This document shows, piece after piece, positions 8,218 to 16,000 of a DNA stretch of 64,000 bases. A model generated the notes under the pieces. That model worked only from the letters and a program-made list of their open reading frames with translations. It was not told the origin of the DNA and searched no databases. The DNA comes from an uncultured bacterium (GTDB taxonomy: Bacteria > Krumholzibacteriota > Krumholzibacteriia > LZORAL124-64-63). Each line of letters begins with the position of its first letter. Within the stretch, counting starts at the first letter, position 1. Position numbers and translations under genes: made by a program. The DNA lies in NCBI GenBank assembly GCA_963772145.1, contig CAVYVY010000011.1, positions 67,607 through 131,606 on the forward strand, given 5' to 3'.

Positions 8218-9680
8218 ACTCCGCGTATCGTCCCCTGGTCCGCGTTCTCGATCCGGCGGAGCCGTCGCGCATCGTCGACGAGGCGATCGCCGTGCTCGAA
8301 CACATCGGCGTGCGCGTCGACAGCGAGGCCGGGCGGACCCTGCTCCTCGACGCCGGGGCCACGGCCGGCGGCGACCGGCTGCGGATTCCCGAAGCGCTGG
8401 TGCGGCACGCGCTGGCCACGGTCCCGCACGCGATCCCCCTGTTCGACCGCGACGGGAGCCCGGCCGCCGATCTGTCCGGAGACCGGGTGCACTTCGACCC
8501 CGGTTCGGCGGCGATCCATGTGCTCGACCCGCGCACCGGGAAGCGACGCGCAGCCGTCACCGCCGACGTCGTGGACCTGGTGCGTCTCGTCGACGGCCTC
8601 CCCCACTACGCGATCCAGTCGACGGCCCTGCTCGCCGCCGACGTCCCACCGGAGGTGGCCGACCGCTACCGGCTCTACCTGGCCCTGCGGCACGGCCGCA
8701 AGCCGATCGTGACCGGCACCTTCCGCACCGACGGCTTCGCGCCGATGCGCGACCTGCTCGTGGCGGCGCGGGGTGGCGCGTCGGCGCTGGCCGAGCGCCC
8801 GCTGGCCATCTTCGACTGCTGCCCGAGCCCGCCCCTCGCCTGGAGCGATCTCACCTGCCAGGCGCTGCTCGACTGCGCCCGCGCGGGGATCCCGGCCAAC
8901 CTGATCTCGATGCCGCTGGCCGGCGCCACGGCGCCGGTGACCCTGCGCGAGTCGGTGGTGCAGCATGCGGCCGAGAGTCTCTCGGGAATCGTCCTCCACC
9001 AGCTGGCGGCGCCCGGCGCGCCGATCTCGTGGGGCGGCGCACCCGCGGCGTTCGACATGCGCCACGGGACGACCCCCATGGGGTCGATGGAAACGATGCT
9101 CCTGAACCTCGCCAACGCCCAGGTCGGCAAGCACCTCGGCCTGCCGGTCCACGGGTACCTCGCCCTCTCGGACGCCAAGACGCCCGACTACCAGGCCGGC
9201 ATGGAGACCGGCATGGGGGCGGTGCTGGCCGCGCTGGCCGGGATCAACCTCGTCTCGGGGCCGGGGATCCTCGACTACATCCTCACCCAGTCGCCGGAGA
9301 AGCTGCTGCTCGACCATGAGGCCTGCGGGATGGCGCTGCGGCTGGTGCGCGGCATCGCGACGACCCCGGCCGACACGCTGGCCCTCTTCGCCGACCTGGT
9401 GCGGACCGGGGAGTTCCTCTCGCATCCGCACACGCGGGCCAACTGGAAGTCGGAACTGACCGTGCCGTCGGCCCTGATCGACCGCGACACCTGGGCCGAC
9501 TGGGAAGCGAAAGGGGCCCTCGACGCGGCCGCGCGGGCGCGGGCGGAAGTGACGCGCCGGCTCGCGAAAGCGACCGGCTCCCCCGCGCCCGACCCGCTCG
9601 CGGCAGAGCTCGACCGCATCATGCTGGCGGAGGTCTCCCGCTATGGGATGACGCGGCTGCCGGGGGTGGGGCGGGGGTAG
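8214..9680 (+). CDS. MttB-superfamily (trimethylamine methyltransferase-like) non-pyrrolysine methyltransferase
   Basis: 488 aa from ATG 8214 (ATGA overlap). Blocks such as ISMPLAGATAPVTL, GGAPAAFDMRHG and SGPGILDY fit my recollection of the MttB family. There is no in-frame TAG. The 7200..8213 part of the track ORF is an overlapping-frame artefact. Confidence 0.8.
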   Translation: MNSAYRPLVRVLDPAEPSRIVDEAIAVLEHIGVRVDSEAGRTLLLDAGATAGGDRLRIPEALVRHALATVPHAIPLFDRDGSPAADLSGDRVHFDPGSAAIHVLDPRTGKRRAAVTADVVDLVRLVDGLPHYAIQSTALLAADVPPEVADRYRLYLALRHGRKPIVTGTFRTDGFAPMRDLLVAARGGASALAERPLAIFDCCPSPPLAWSDLTCQALLDCARAGIPANLISMPLAGATAPVTLRESVVQHAAESLSGIVLHQLAAPGAPISWGGAPAAFDMRHGTTPMGSMETMLLNLANAQVGKHLGLPVHGYLALSDAKTPDYQAGMETGMGAVLAALAGINLVSGPGILDYILTQSPEKLLLDHEACGMALRLVRGIATTPADTLALFADLVRTGEFLSHPHTRANWKSELTVPSALIDRDTWADWEAKGALDAAARARAEVTRRLAKATGSPAPDPLAAELDRIMLAEVSRYGMTRLPGVGRG

Positions 9681-9805
9681 CGCGGAGTCTGGTTGCGCGG
9701 CTGCGGGCCGGACTGAGTCGAAATCAGGGGCCGGATCTACGCCGTATTCGAACCCGAGCAGGACCCGGCAACGTCGACCGCGATCGTGCCCGATCCGGCC
9801 GGCGC

Positions 9806-10432
9806 TTGAAGCCCGGCTCATCTGGCGTTAGGCCTAGAAATGTAGATAGGGCAGCAATGAATGGCATAGATGTCCGCAGAACAGATGATCATCACGTCGC
9901 ATTCTTGAGCGGATGGGCCGACGCTTTTCCTGAGAACATCTGGATCGCGGGGGTTGATCTCCGAAATCACCCGCGCCCGCGCGAGTACCGGCTTAAAGCC
10001 GCCATGCCAACGTGGTCCGGTCCCGAGGGGAAGACTTCTTCCTGCATCGCAGCTTCCTTCGACCTACACATTGAATGCGTCGTTGATGACGCCGGCCAGC
10101 CAAAAGGCGCGCTGAAAGTTCATCTTGAGACTAATCCCTATGCACTCGAGAAAAAGAGCGGATGTACAAGCGGCCAGTGGGATCCAGGTTGCGAAGCCTG
10201 CCAGCGGAGACACGCGGCAAAACACCTATTGGCTCAAAGTGGCGCCATCGACTTTGGGACTTGGCAGATCGCGCCGAGTCGAAACAAGTTGACGTTGGCC
10301 AAGTTGCCCAAACGGTTGCTGAGCCAGCAAACGTCCACAGAACAAGTGTCGGCGTTCTTGAAGTCCGTCATGGGAGCAAGCGAGAAGTGGGCAAATGCAG
10401 CAATTCAGGGCTGGACGATGTGGCGCTCTTAA
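9806..10432 (+). CDS. Orphan hypothetical protein in a lower-GC segment
   Basis: 208-aa ORF (an alternative ATG at 9857 gives MNGIDVRR...). Codon usage is visibly less GC-biased than in neighbouring genes. No recognisable motifs. Confidence 0.35.
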   Translation: MKPGSSGVRPRNVDRAAMNGIDVRRTDDHHVAFLSGWADAFPENIWIAGVDLRNHPRPREYRLKAAMPTWSGPEGKTSSCIAASFDLHIECVVDDAGQPKGALKVHLETNPYALEKKSGCTSGQWDPGCEACQRRHAAKHLLAQSGAIDFGTWQIAPSRNKLTLAKLPKRLLSQQTSTEQVSAFLKSVMGASEKWANAAIQGWTMWRS

Positions 10433-10498
10433 TTGTCCTCCGGAGCACCCTGTCGGCCCCGCAATGGCCCGCGCTGACGCATGTCCGGTGGTAGGCGT

Positions 10499-10642
10499 GT
10501 CGAGTTCGCCACGCTCGACTGGATGGACTGGTTCAACAACCGGCGGCTGCTCGAGCCGATCGGATACATTCCCCCCGCCGAGTTCGAAGAGATGTACTTT
10601 CGGAGTCAGGAAGCCCCGGCCTTGATGGCCGGACTCACGTAA
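10499..10642 (+). mobile_element. C-terminal remnant of an IS3-family transposase (integrase-core tail)
   Basis: My translation gives VEFATLDWMDWFNNRRLLEPIGYIPPAEFEEMYFRSQEAPALMAGLT*, the typical extreme C-terminus of IS3-family OrfB. No upstream transposase body or inverted repeats were seen. It is too short to appear in the ORF track. Confidence 0.6.
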
Positions 10643-10971
10643 CGGAGGCTCCGGAGAACCCGGGGCGGTTCACGGCCTGACGAATTCTGCGCCGATCCTG
10701 ATTACCGTCAAGCGTGGGAGTCTGTTCGCAAGCGGCGTCATCGGTCCGCCACGGTCGTGTCCGCCATTGAATCCACCCACATACCGACCTATCATCGAAT
10801 CCGATCGGCCCCGCGGCCTCCGTTGAGTCGTCAGGATCTGCCCGCACAGGGACGGATGGGATTATTGGTAGGCAAGGGGAAACCCAGTCGGCAAGGAGAC
10901 TATGGCCAATCACATGGCCTGATGTGTCTCCTGGAGATACCAGGTCCTGCCCAAACCCAGGGGGGAACCAG

Positions 10972-13404
10972 ATGGGACGCATTCTTCAAGGTCTATTGTT
11001 GACGCTGGCTTTCGCCTGCTCCGCCATTCCTGCGGCAGCCCAGGCGGACTGGCTCCAGGATGGTTTGAATCTGACGAATGGCCTGGGTGATTTGATTGTG
11101 GAACGAGCGGTCACAGATGGTCACGGCGGCTGCATCGTTGCAATGCTCATCTGGGGCCAAGCCGGTGTTGATGTCCGGGCGCAGCATGTCGATGCCGCGG
11201 GGACGCGCTTATGGGGCACCGCTGGCACCCTGGTTTCAGCTGGAACAGCCAACAGCTACTGGATCGCGTGGCTTCATGTGGTGCCGGATGGAGCGGACGG
11301 CGCCATTGTTGTCTGGGCCGGCGGCGATCAACAGAGTGCCCTAATCGCGCAACGGCTGAATGCGACTGGCGAAAGGCTGTGGGCCACTGAGGGCGTTCCG
11401 CTATGCGCGCTGGCCGCAAGGCCGGGCAACTCTTCGGCTGCTGCGTCTGATGGCCTGGGTGGCGCCATCGTGGTCTGGGAAGACGGACGCGACCCGGCCG
11501 GGAGCGACATCTACGCACAACGAATCAGCAACAGTGGGCAGTGCCTGTGGGACCAGGACGGCGTTGCAGTGTGTCTGGCCGCGGGCGATCAGGTCAATCC
11601 ACACGCAGTTCCAGACGGCACAGGGGGAGGAATCTTTGCCTGGGAGGACCAGCGCAGTGATTACTCAGGCACGTGGACAGACATCTACGCGAGACGCGTG
11701 AATGCTGCGGGCCAGGCACTGTGGGCCACCGACGGCACTGCCGTTTCAACCGCAGCGGGCGAACAACACGACGTCGCCATGGCGATCGATGGAGCCGGCG
11801 GTGCTTATGTAAGCTGGGATGGGCCGTATCAAGATTCGCACGGCATCGCAGCGCAACGCCTGAATAGCGATGGCATGGCGCAATGGTCGGCGGGCGGAGT
11901 GCTGATCGGATATCGCGGAGGCCAATACGTCCTGACACCTGATGTCGCCGGCGGCCTGAGTGTTGTGTTCAAATATGACCCAACATCTGGGCCGCCATTC
12001 TACATTATGATGCAACACTTCGATGGCACTGGAACATCGACGTGGGATGGTCCGATGTCCGTGTGCAGAAGCACGGAATCGATCTACAGTATTCGCGCGG
12101 TGGCTGGTGCGAACGGAGACGTGATTGTCTCGTGGACTTCTGGCGAACGTCTTCGCGCCCAGCTCGTGAGTGAGCGAGGGGAGCAACTTTGGGCTGCTGC
12201 CGGGGTCCCCGTCTGCAACCTCCCGAATGTTGTTGAGCCTCAACTTGTGCCAGGCGCTGATGGATCAACGATCTTCGTCTGGCTGGACTGGCGGAGCCAG
12301 CAGTTCGAAATCTACGCACAGATCATTGACTCCCGGGGTGTCTGGGGGGCGCCTTCTCCGATCATCGGATGGCTGCGAGATGTGGCTGCCGATGAAGGAG
12401 GATGGCTCGACCTGCGCGTCATGTCGCCGACTCACGATCGGGAGGGAGTAACCGACGACCCCATCATCGGCTACAACGTATGGCGGAGATTGCCTGCTGC
12501 CCCGGGCGGCGGGAACGCGAGCCTCGACAGCGACAAGACGGGAATGGAGATCTTCTCTGCGATTGAGGCGCCACTCAACACCGATTGCGTACACCTGACG
12601 GTCGAGCAGGCGACAACAGCCGGGTTCCCTCCAGGTGAGTGGGCTTCCGTGGGATTCCATGCGGCGGTGCAGGCTGAAGAGTATCGATTTGTAGTTCCCA
12701 CAAGGCAGGACGCTATCGGAGACATGACTCCCTGGGAAATGTTCGCCGTAAGCGCCCACACCGCAAGGCCAGGAATCTACTTCATCTCCGGCCAGGACAG
12801 CGCCTTTTCCATAGACAATCTCGAGCCGGCCACGCCGGATGGCATCGCGGGTTTTGTCAGGGAGGATGCGAACGGGCTGGACTTGAGTTGGTCTGCCGCC
12901 AGGGAGAGCGATTTCGCACAGTATGTCGTCTCAAGGGGAGCGAACCCGGAATTCACGCCCGGACCGGATTCCTGGCTGGCCTATCCGACGCAGTCACACT
13001 ACTTCGATGCGGAATGGACTCCAGATAATCGCTACTACTACAAGGTGGTGGCCGTCGATCGGCATGGCAACCAGAGCGCACCCGCGCTTCTGGCGCCGGA
13101 CGACGCGCGCGGAGAAGACGTGCCATCCGCGCTGTTTCTGGCCCAGAATGCGCCCAATCCCTTCAATCCCCGAACCAGAATGGCCTTTGGTTTGGTCAAC
13201 TCCGGAGCGGTATCCTTGCGCATCTACGACGTGGCGGGGCGTCTCGTGAAGACTCTCGTGGAGGGTATGTTCCTGCCGGGATCTTACTCACGCGAATGGG
13301 ATGGTCGTGGCGATCACGGGGAGGCCATCGCCTCCGCGGTCTACGTGGTTCGGTTGGTAACGGAACAGGGAATTCGAACTAGTAAGCTCACGTTGGCCCG
13401 GTAG
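10972..13404 (+). CDS. Secreted tandem-repeat (beta-propeller-like) protein with an FN3-like module and NPFNPRT C-terminal domain
   Basis: ATG 10972 follows GGGGGAA. Signal peptide MGRILQGLLLTLAFACSAIPAAAQA. About 55-aa repeats of the form LW(A/G)T.G..V.......DG.GGAIVVW.D.R....DIYAQR. An FN3-like block (FAQYVVSRG...YYYKVVAVDRHGNQSAP). C-terminus NAPNPFNPRTRMAFGL...IYDVAGRLV...WDGRGDHG...KLTLAR. Confidence 0.75.
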   Translation: MGRILQGLLLTLAFACSAIPAAAQADWLQDGLNLTNGLGDLIVERAVTDGHGGCIVAMLIWGQAGVDVRAQHVDAAGTRLWGTAGTLVSAGTANSYWIAWLHVVPDGADGAIVVWAGGDQQSALIAQRLNATGERLWATEGVPLCALAARPGNSSAAASDGLGGAIVVWEDGRDPAGSDIYAQRISNSGQCLWDQDGVAVCLAAGDQVNPHAVPDGTGGGIFAWEDQRSDYSGTWTDIYARRVNAAGQALWATDGTAVSTAAGEQHDVAMAIDGAGGAYVSWDGPYQDSHGIAAQRLNSDGMAQWSAGGVLIGYRGGQYVLTPDVAGGLSVVFKYDPTSGPPFYIMMQHFDGTGTSTWDGPMSVCRSTESIYSIRAVAGANGDVIVSWTSGERLRAQLVSERGEQLWAAAGVPVCNLPNVVEPQLVPGADGSTIFVWLDWRSQQFEIYAQIIDSRGVWGAPSPIIGWLRDVAADEGGWLDLRVMSPTHDREGVTDDPIIGYNVWRRLPAAPGGGNASLDSDKTGMEIFSAIEAPLNTDCVHLTVEQATTAGFPPGEWASVGFHAAVQAEEYRFVVPTRQDAIGDMTPWEMFAVSAHTARPGIYFISGQDSAFSIDNLEPATPDGIAGFVREDANGLDLSWSAARESDFAQYVVSRGANPEFTPGPDSWLAYPTQSHYFDAEWTPDNRYYYKVVAVDRHGNQSAPALLAPDDARGEDVPSALFLAQNAPNPFNPRTRMAFGLVNSGAVSLRIYDVAGRLVKTLVEGMFLPGSYSREWDGRGDHGEAIASAVYVVRLVTEQGIRTSKLTLAR

Positions 13405-13653
13405 CACTGGTTCCTTTCCTTTTTCCGTCACGCGAAGAGTCCTTCCCGGGAAACCATGTCGGGCTTTCCGGCGAGGTTATCTGCGCACAGAATCGCCCCT
13501 CCACGATGACGAGGCCAACCGCCCCTCTCGGCCTTCGCGTGCCCTTCCCTCACTCCCGCGCTTGAACCTTGGTGCAATTGGCGTTAGGATGCCCTCAGTT
13601 GTCCGAGCGGATGTTCCGTCGCCCGTTTGCTGCTAATTGGAGAGGATCTTCCT

Positions 13654-13974
13654 ATGCCCCCCATGGGCCGTCTTGGCGACAAATCCCAGGCTCCGGCCGA
13701 CATGCACGGCTGTCCGGCCTGTCCGCATCCCGTCATCGGGCCGGCCATCGTCGGGTCGCCGAACGTGATGGTGAACAACCTGCCGGCGCTGCGGGTCGGG
13801 GACAAGGGGATCCACATGGTGTGCTGCGGACCGAACATGTGGACGGCGGTGAAGGGGAGCGCCACGGTGCTGATCAACAACCTGCCGGCGCATCGGATGG
13901 GTGATCAGGACCAGCATTGCGGCGGCCCCGGGACCCTCATCGAGGGCAGTCCGGACGTGATCGTCGGGGGCTGA
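13654..13974 (+). CDS. PAAR-domain spike-tip protein
   Basis: 106 aa from ATG 13654 (GGAGAGGA 7 nt upstream). Repeated P-A-x-R-x-GD motifs (LPALRVGD, LPAHRMGD) and the Cys/His pattern (HGCPACPHP, MVCCGP, HCGGPG) are typical of PAAR proteins. Confidence 0.85.
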   Translation: MPPMGRLGDKSQAPADMHGCPACPHPVIGPAIVGSPNVMVNNLPALRVGDKGIHMVCCGPNMWTAVKGSATVLINNLPAHRMGDQDQHCGGPGTLIEGSPDVIVGG

Positions 13975-13986
13975 GACGGGGGGGCC

Positions 13987-14817
13987 ATGCCGGCACCGAA
14001 TGCGCAGATGTTTTCCCAGCTCACCCGCACGAATTTCAGCGCGAAGGGCATTCGGATTCCGCTGGACTGGGCGCCGCCCGGCGAACAGTTCCCGGATGCG
14101 TTCGCGCCGTCGGAGCGGCAGGTCGCGCCGGGGTCGCCCACCGAGCTGTTCCATGCGGCCACCCTGAACCGGTACCACGTCGATGCGGCCGCCGGCATGA
14201 GCGACAGGCTCGGCACCTACATCGACGGGGTCTGCGGGGCGATCTGCGGCGCGATCGGCAACTGGATGCAGACCGCCATGGTCGCCGGGGCGCTCATCAA
14301 CGGGCCGGTCGGGACGCTGCTGCCGGGCGGGGTGGTGGGGCCTCCTCTGCTGCCGCTCATCCTGGGGCAGGCCCCGAAGACGACGCCGCTCGAGACGCAG
14401 TACTCGCTGGCGATCGCCAACGCGTTCAGCTCGGCCTGGCTGGCGTGGCAGACGGGGCTGACCGGGATGCTGACCTATCCCGCCTTCGCGGCGGTGCCGT
14501 CGCCGGTGGCGCCGCCGATGCCGAACGTGCCGATGCCGCTGGTGACCTTCCCGTCGGCCGGCGAGGCGATGCTCTCCCCCTCCACGCTGCAAAGCGCCAT
14601 GGTGGGGATGCTGGGCAATCCGACGGCGCAGCACGCGCCCGAGCTGTTCGACGCGCTGGCGCAGGCGTTCGGCATGGTGTTCCAGATGTTCAAGGCGACG
14701 ACCATCGTGCAGAATGTGCTCGGCACCGGGCCGGTGCCGACGTTTGCGCCGCCGTTCGTGCCGGTGGGGCCGGTGCTGGCCGGCACCGTCATCCCCACGC
14801 CCGGGGTGTTCGTGTGA
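13987..14817 (+). CDS. Hypothetical Gly/Pro/Ala-rich protein with a glycine-zipper-like hydrophobic core (possible PAAR-associated cargo)
   Basis: 276-aa ORF lying 12 nt after PAAR and 25 nt before the DUF2169 gene. It contains GVCGAICGAIGNWMQTAMVAGALINGPVGTLLPGGVVG. No family recognised. Confidence 0.5.
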   Translation: MPAPNAQMFSQLTRTNFSAKGIRIPLDWAPPGEQFPDAFAPSERQVAPGSPTELFHAATLNRYHVDAAAGMSDRLGTYIDGVCGAICGAIGNWMQTAMVAGALINGPVGTLLPGGVVGPPLLPLILGQAPKTTPLETQYSLAIANAFSSAWLAWQTGLTGMLTYPAFAAVPSPVAPPMPNVPMPLVTFPSAGEAMLSPSTLQSAMVGMLGNPTAQHAPELFDALAQAFGMVFQMFKATTIVQNVLGTGPVPTFAPPFVPVGPVLAGTVIPTPGVFV

Positions 14818-14842
14818 GCGACCGGCGGAGGGTCGCAGCGCC

Positions 14843-15964
14843 ATGAAGATCGTCAACGAGACGCCGTTCATCGCCGAGGCGCTGCCGTTTGTCTGGCCGG
14901 ACGGGCGGGCCGCGCTGACGGTCATCCTCAAGGGGACGTTCACGATCCGTCCGGATGAGCCGGCGGAGCCGGCGACCGAGCAGTTGCCGATCCTGTTCGC
15001 CGACGCGCCGCTCGACCCGGAGAACCCGGCGCTGGGCGCGCGGTTCGAGGCCGACGTCGTCCCGTTCAAGCCGCGCGCCGACATCGTGCTCGTGGGCCGG
15101 GCGCACGCGCCGCCGCACAAGCTGGCGCGGGCGCTCGACGCGTCGCTGCGCGTGGGCAAGGTGAAGAAGGTCGTGCGGGTGATCGGCGACCGGCACTGGA
15201 CCTGCGGCGGACGCCTGCTGCCGGCCGCGTTCTCGGCGGCGGAGCCGTTCAAGAGCATGGACCTGGTCTACGCGCGCGCCTTCGGCGGCATCGACCAGAA
15301 GGGGGGCGGCTACTGCCGCTACAACCCCATCGGCCGCGGCTACATGGCGAAGAAGAGCAAGAGCGCGGTCGACGGCACGCCGCTGCCGAACGTGGAAGAC
15401 CCGCGCCACCTGATCAAGGCGTGGAACAGCCGTCCGCGCCCGGTCGGCTTCGGCTTCTACGGCCGCGGCTGGCTGCCCCGCCTGCGCTACCTCGGCACCT
15501 ACGACGAGAAATGGCGCAAGGAGCGGGCGCCGGCGCCGCCGGAGGACTTCCGCTTCGAGTCGTACAACGGCGCGCATCCCGACCTGCAGGTGAAGGAATA
15601 CCTGCGCGGCGACGAGGACGTGGAGCTGGTCCACCTCACGCCGCAGCCGCGGCTGCGCTTTTTGCTGCCGGCCGTGACGCCGGTCTGCGCGGTGCTGCGG
15701 CACGGCGCGGCGGTCGAGCCGCCGCCCGCGCGCGCCGGGTCGTCCGGGGAGCCGCTCCCGCCCCCGGTCCCGCGCGAGGGCGAGGATCGGGTCGTCGACG
15801 AGCCGACGCCCGGTTCGACGGCCGGCGAGCGGGTCGCGCTGAATCTCGACACGCTCGTGTTCGTCCCCGAGGAGATGCGCTTCACCCAGGTCTGGCGGGG
15901 CGTCTTCCCGCTGGCCGACCCGTCGGCGCGCGAGGTGGCGGAGATCGGCGTCTGGCTGGCGTGA
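14843..15964 (+). CDS. DUF2169-family T6SS adaptor-like protein
   Basis: 373 aa from ATG 14843. The N-terminus MKIVNETPFIAEALPFVWPDGRAALTVILKGTF and later blocks (ARAFGGID, NPIGRGY, PVGFGFYGRGWLPR) match my recollection of DUF2169. The context (PAAR upstream, effector downstream) also fits. Confidence 0.7.
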   Translation: MKIVNETPFIAEALPFVWPDGRAALTVILKGTFTIRPDEPAEPATEQLPILFADAPLDPENPALGARFEADVVPFKPRADIVLVGRAHAPPHKLARALDASLRVGKVKKVVRVIGDRHWTCGGRLLPAAFSAAEPFKSMDLVYARAFGGIDQKGGGYCRYNPIGRGYMAKKSKSAVDGTPLPNVEDPRHLIKAWNSRPRPVGFGFYGRGWLPRLRYLGTYDEKWRKERAPAPPEDFRFESYNGAHPDLQVKEYLRGDEDVELVHLTPQPRLRFLLPAVTPVCAVLRHGAAVEPPPARAGSSGEPLPPPVPREGEDRVVDEPTPGSTAGERVALNLDTLVFVPEEMRFTQVWRGVFPLADPSAREVAEIGVWLA

Positions 15965-16000
15965 GCGCGCCGGCCCGTTCCCGCGACACGGAGCTGAGCG

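Noticed and set aside
8214-9680. Possible pyrrolysine (in-frame TAG) in the MttB-family gene.
   Set aside because: The ORF is continuous with no internal TAG, and no pyl genes are visible. It is a non-Pyl MttB-superfamily member.
13562-13590. Possible sigma70-type promoter for the PAAR operon (TTGAAC, 17 nt, TAGGAT).
   Set aside because: The -10 matches only 4/6, and there is no supporting AT-rich context or operator. I did not consider this enough to list as a feature.
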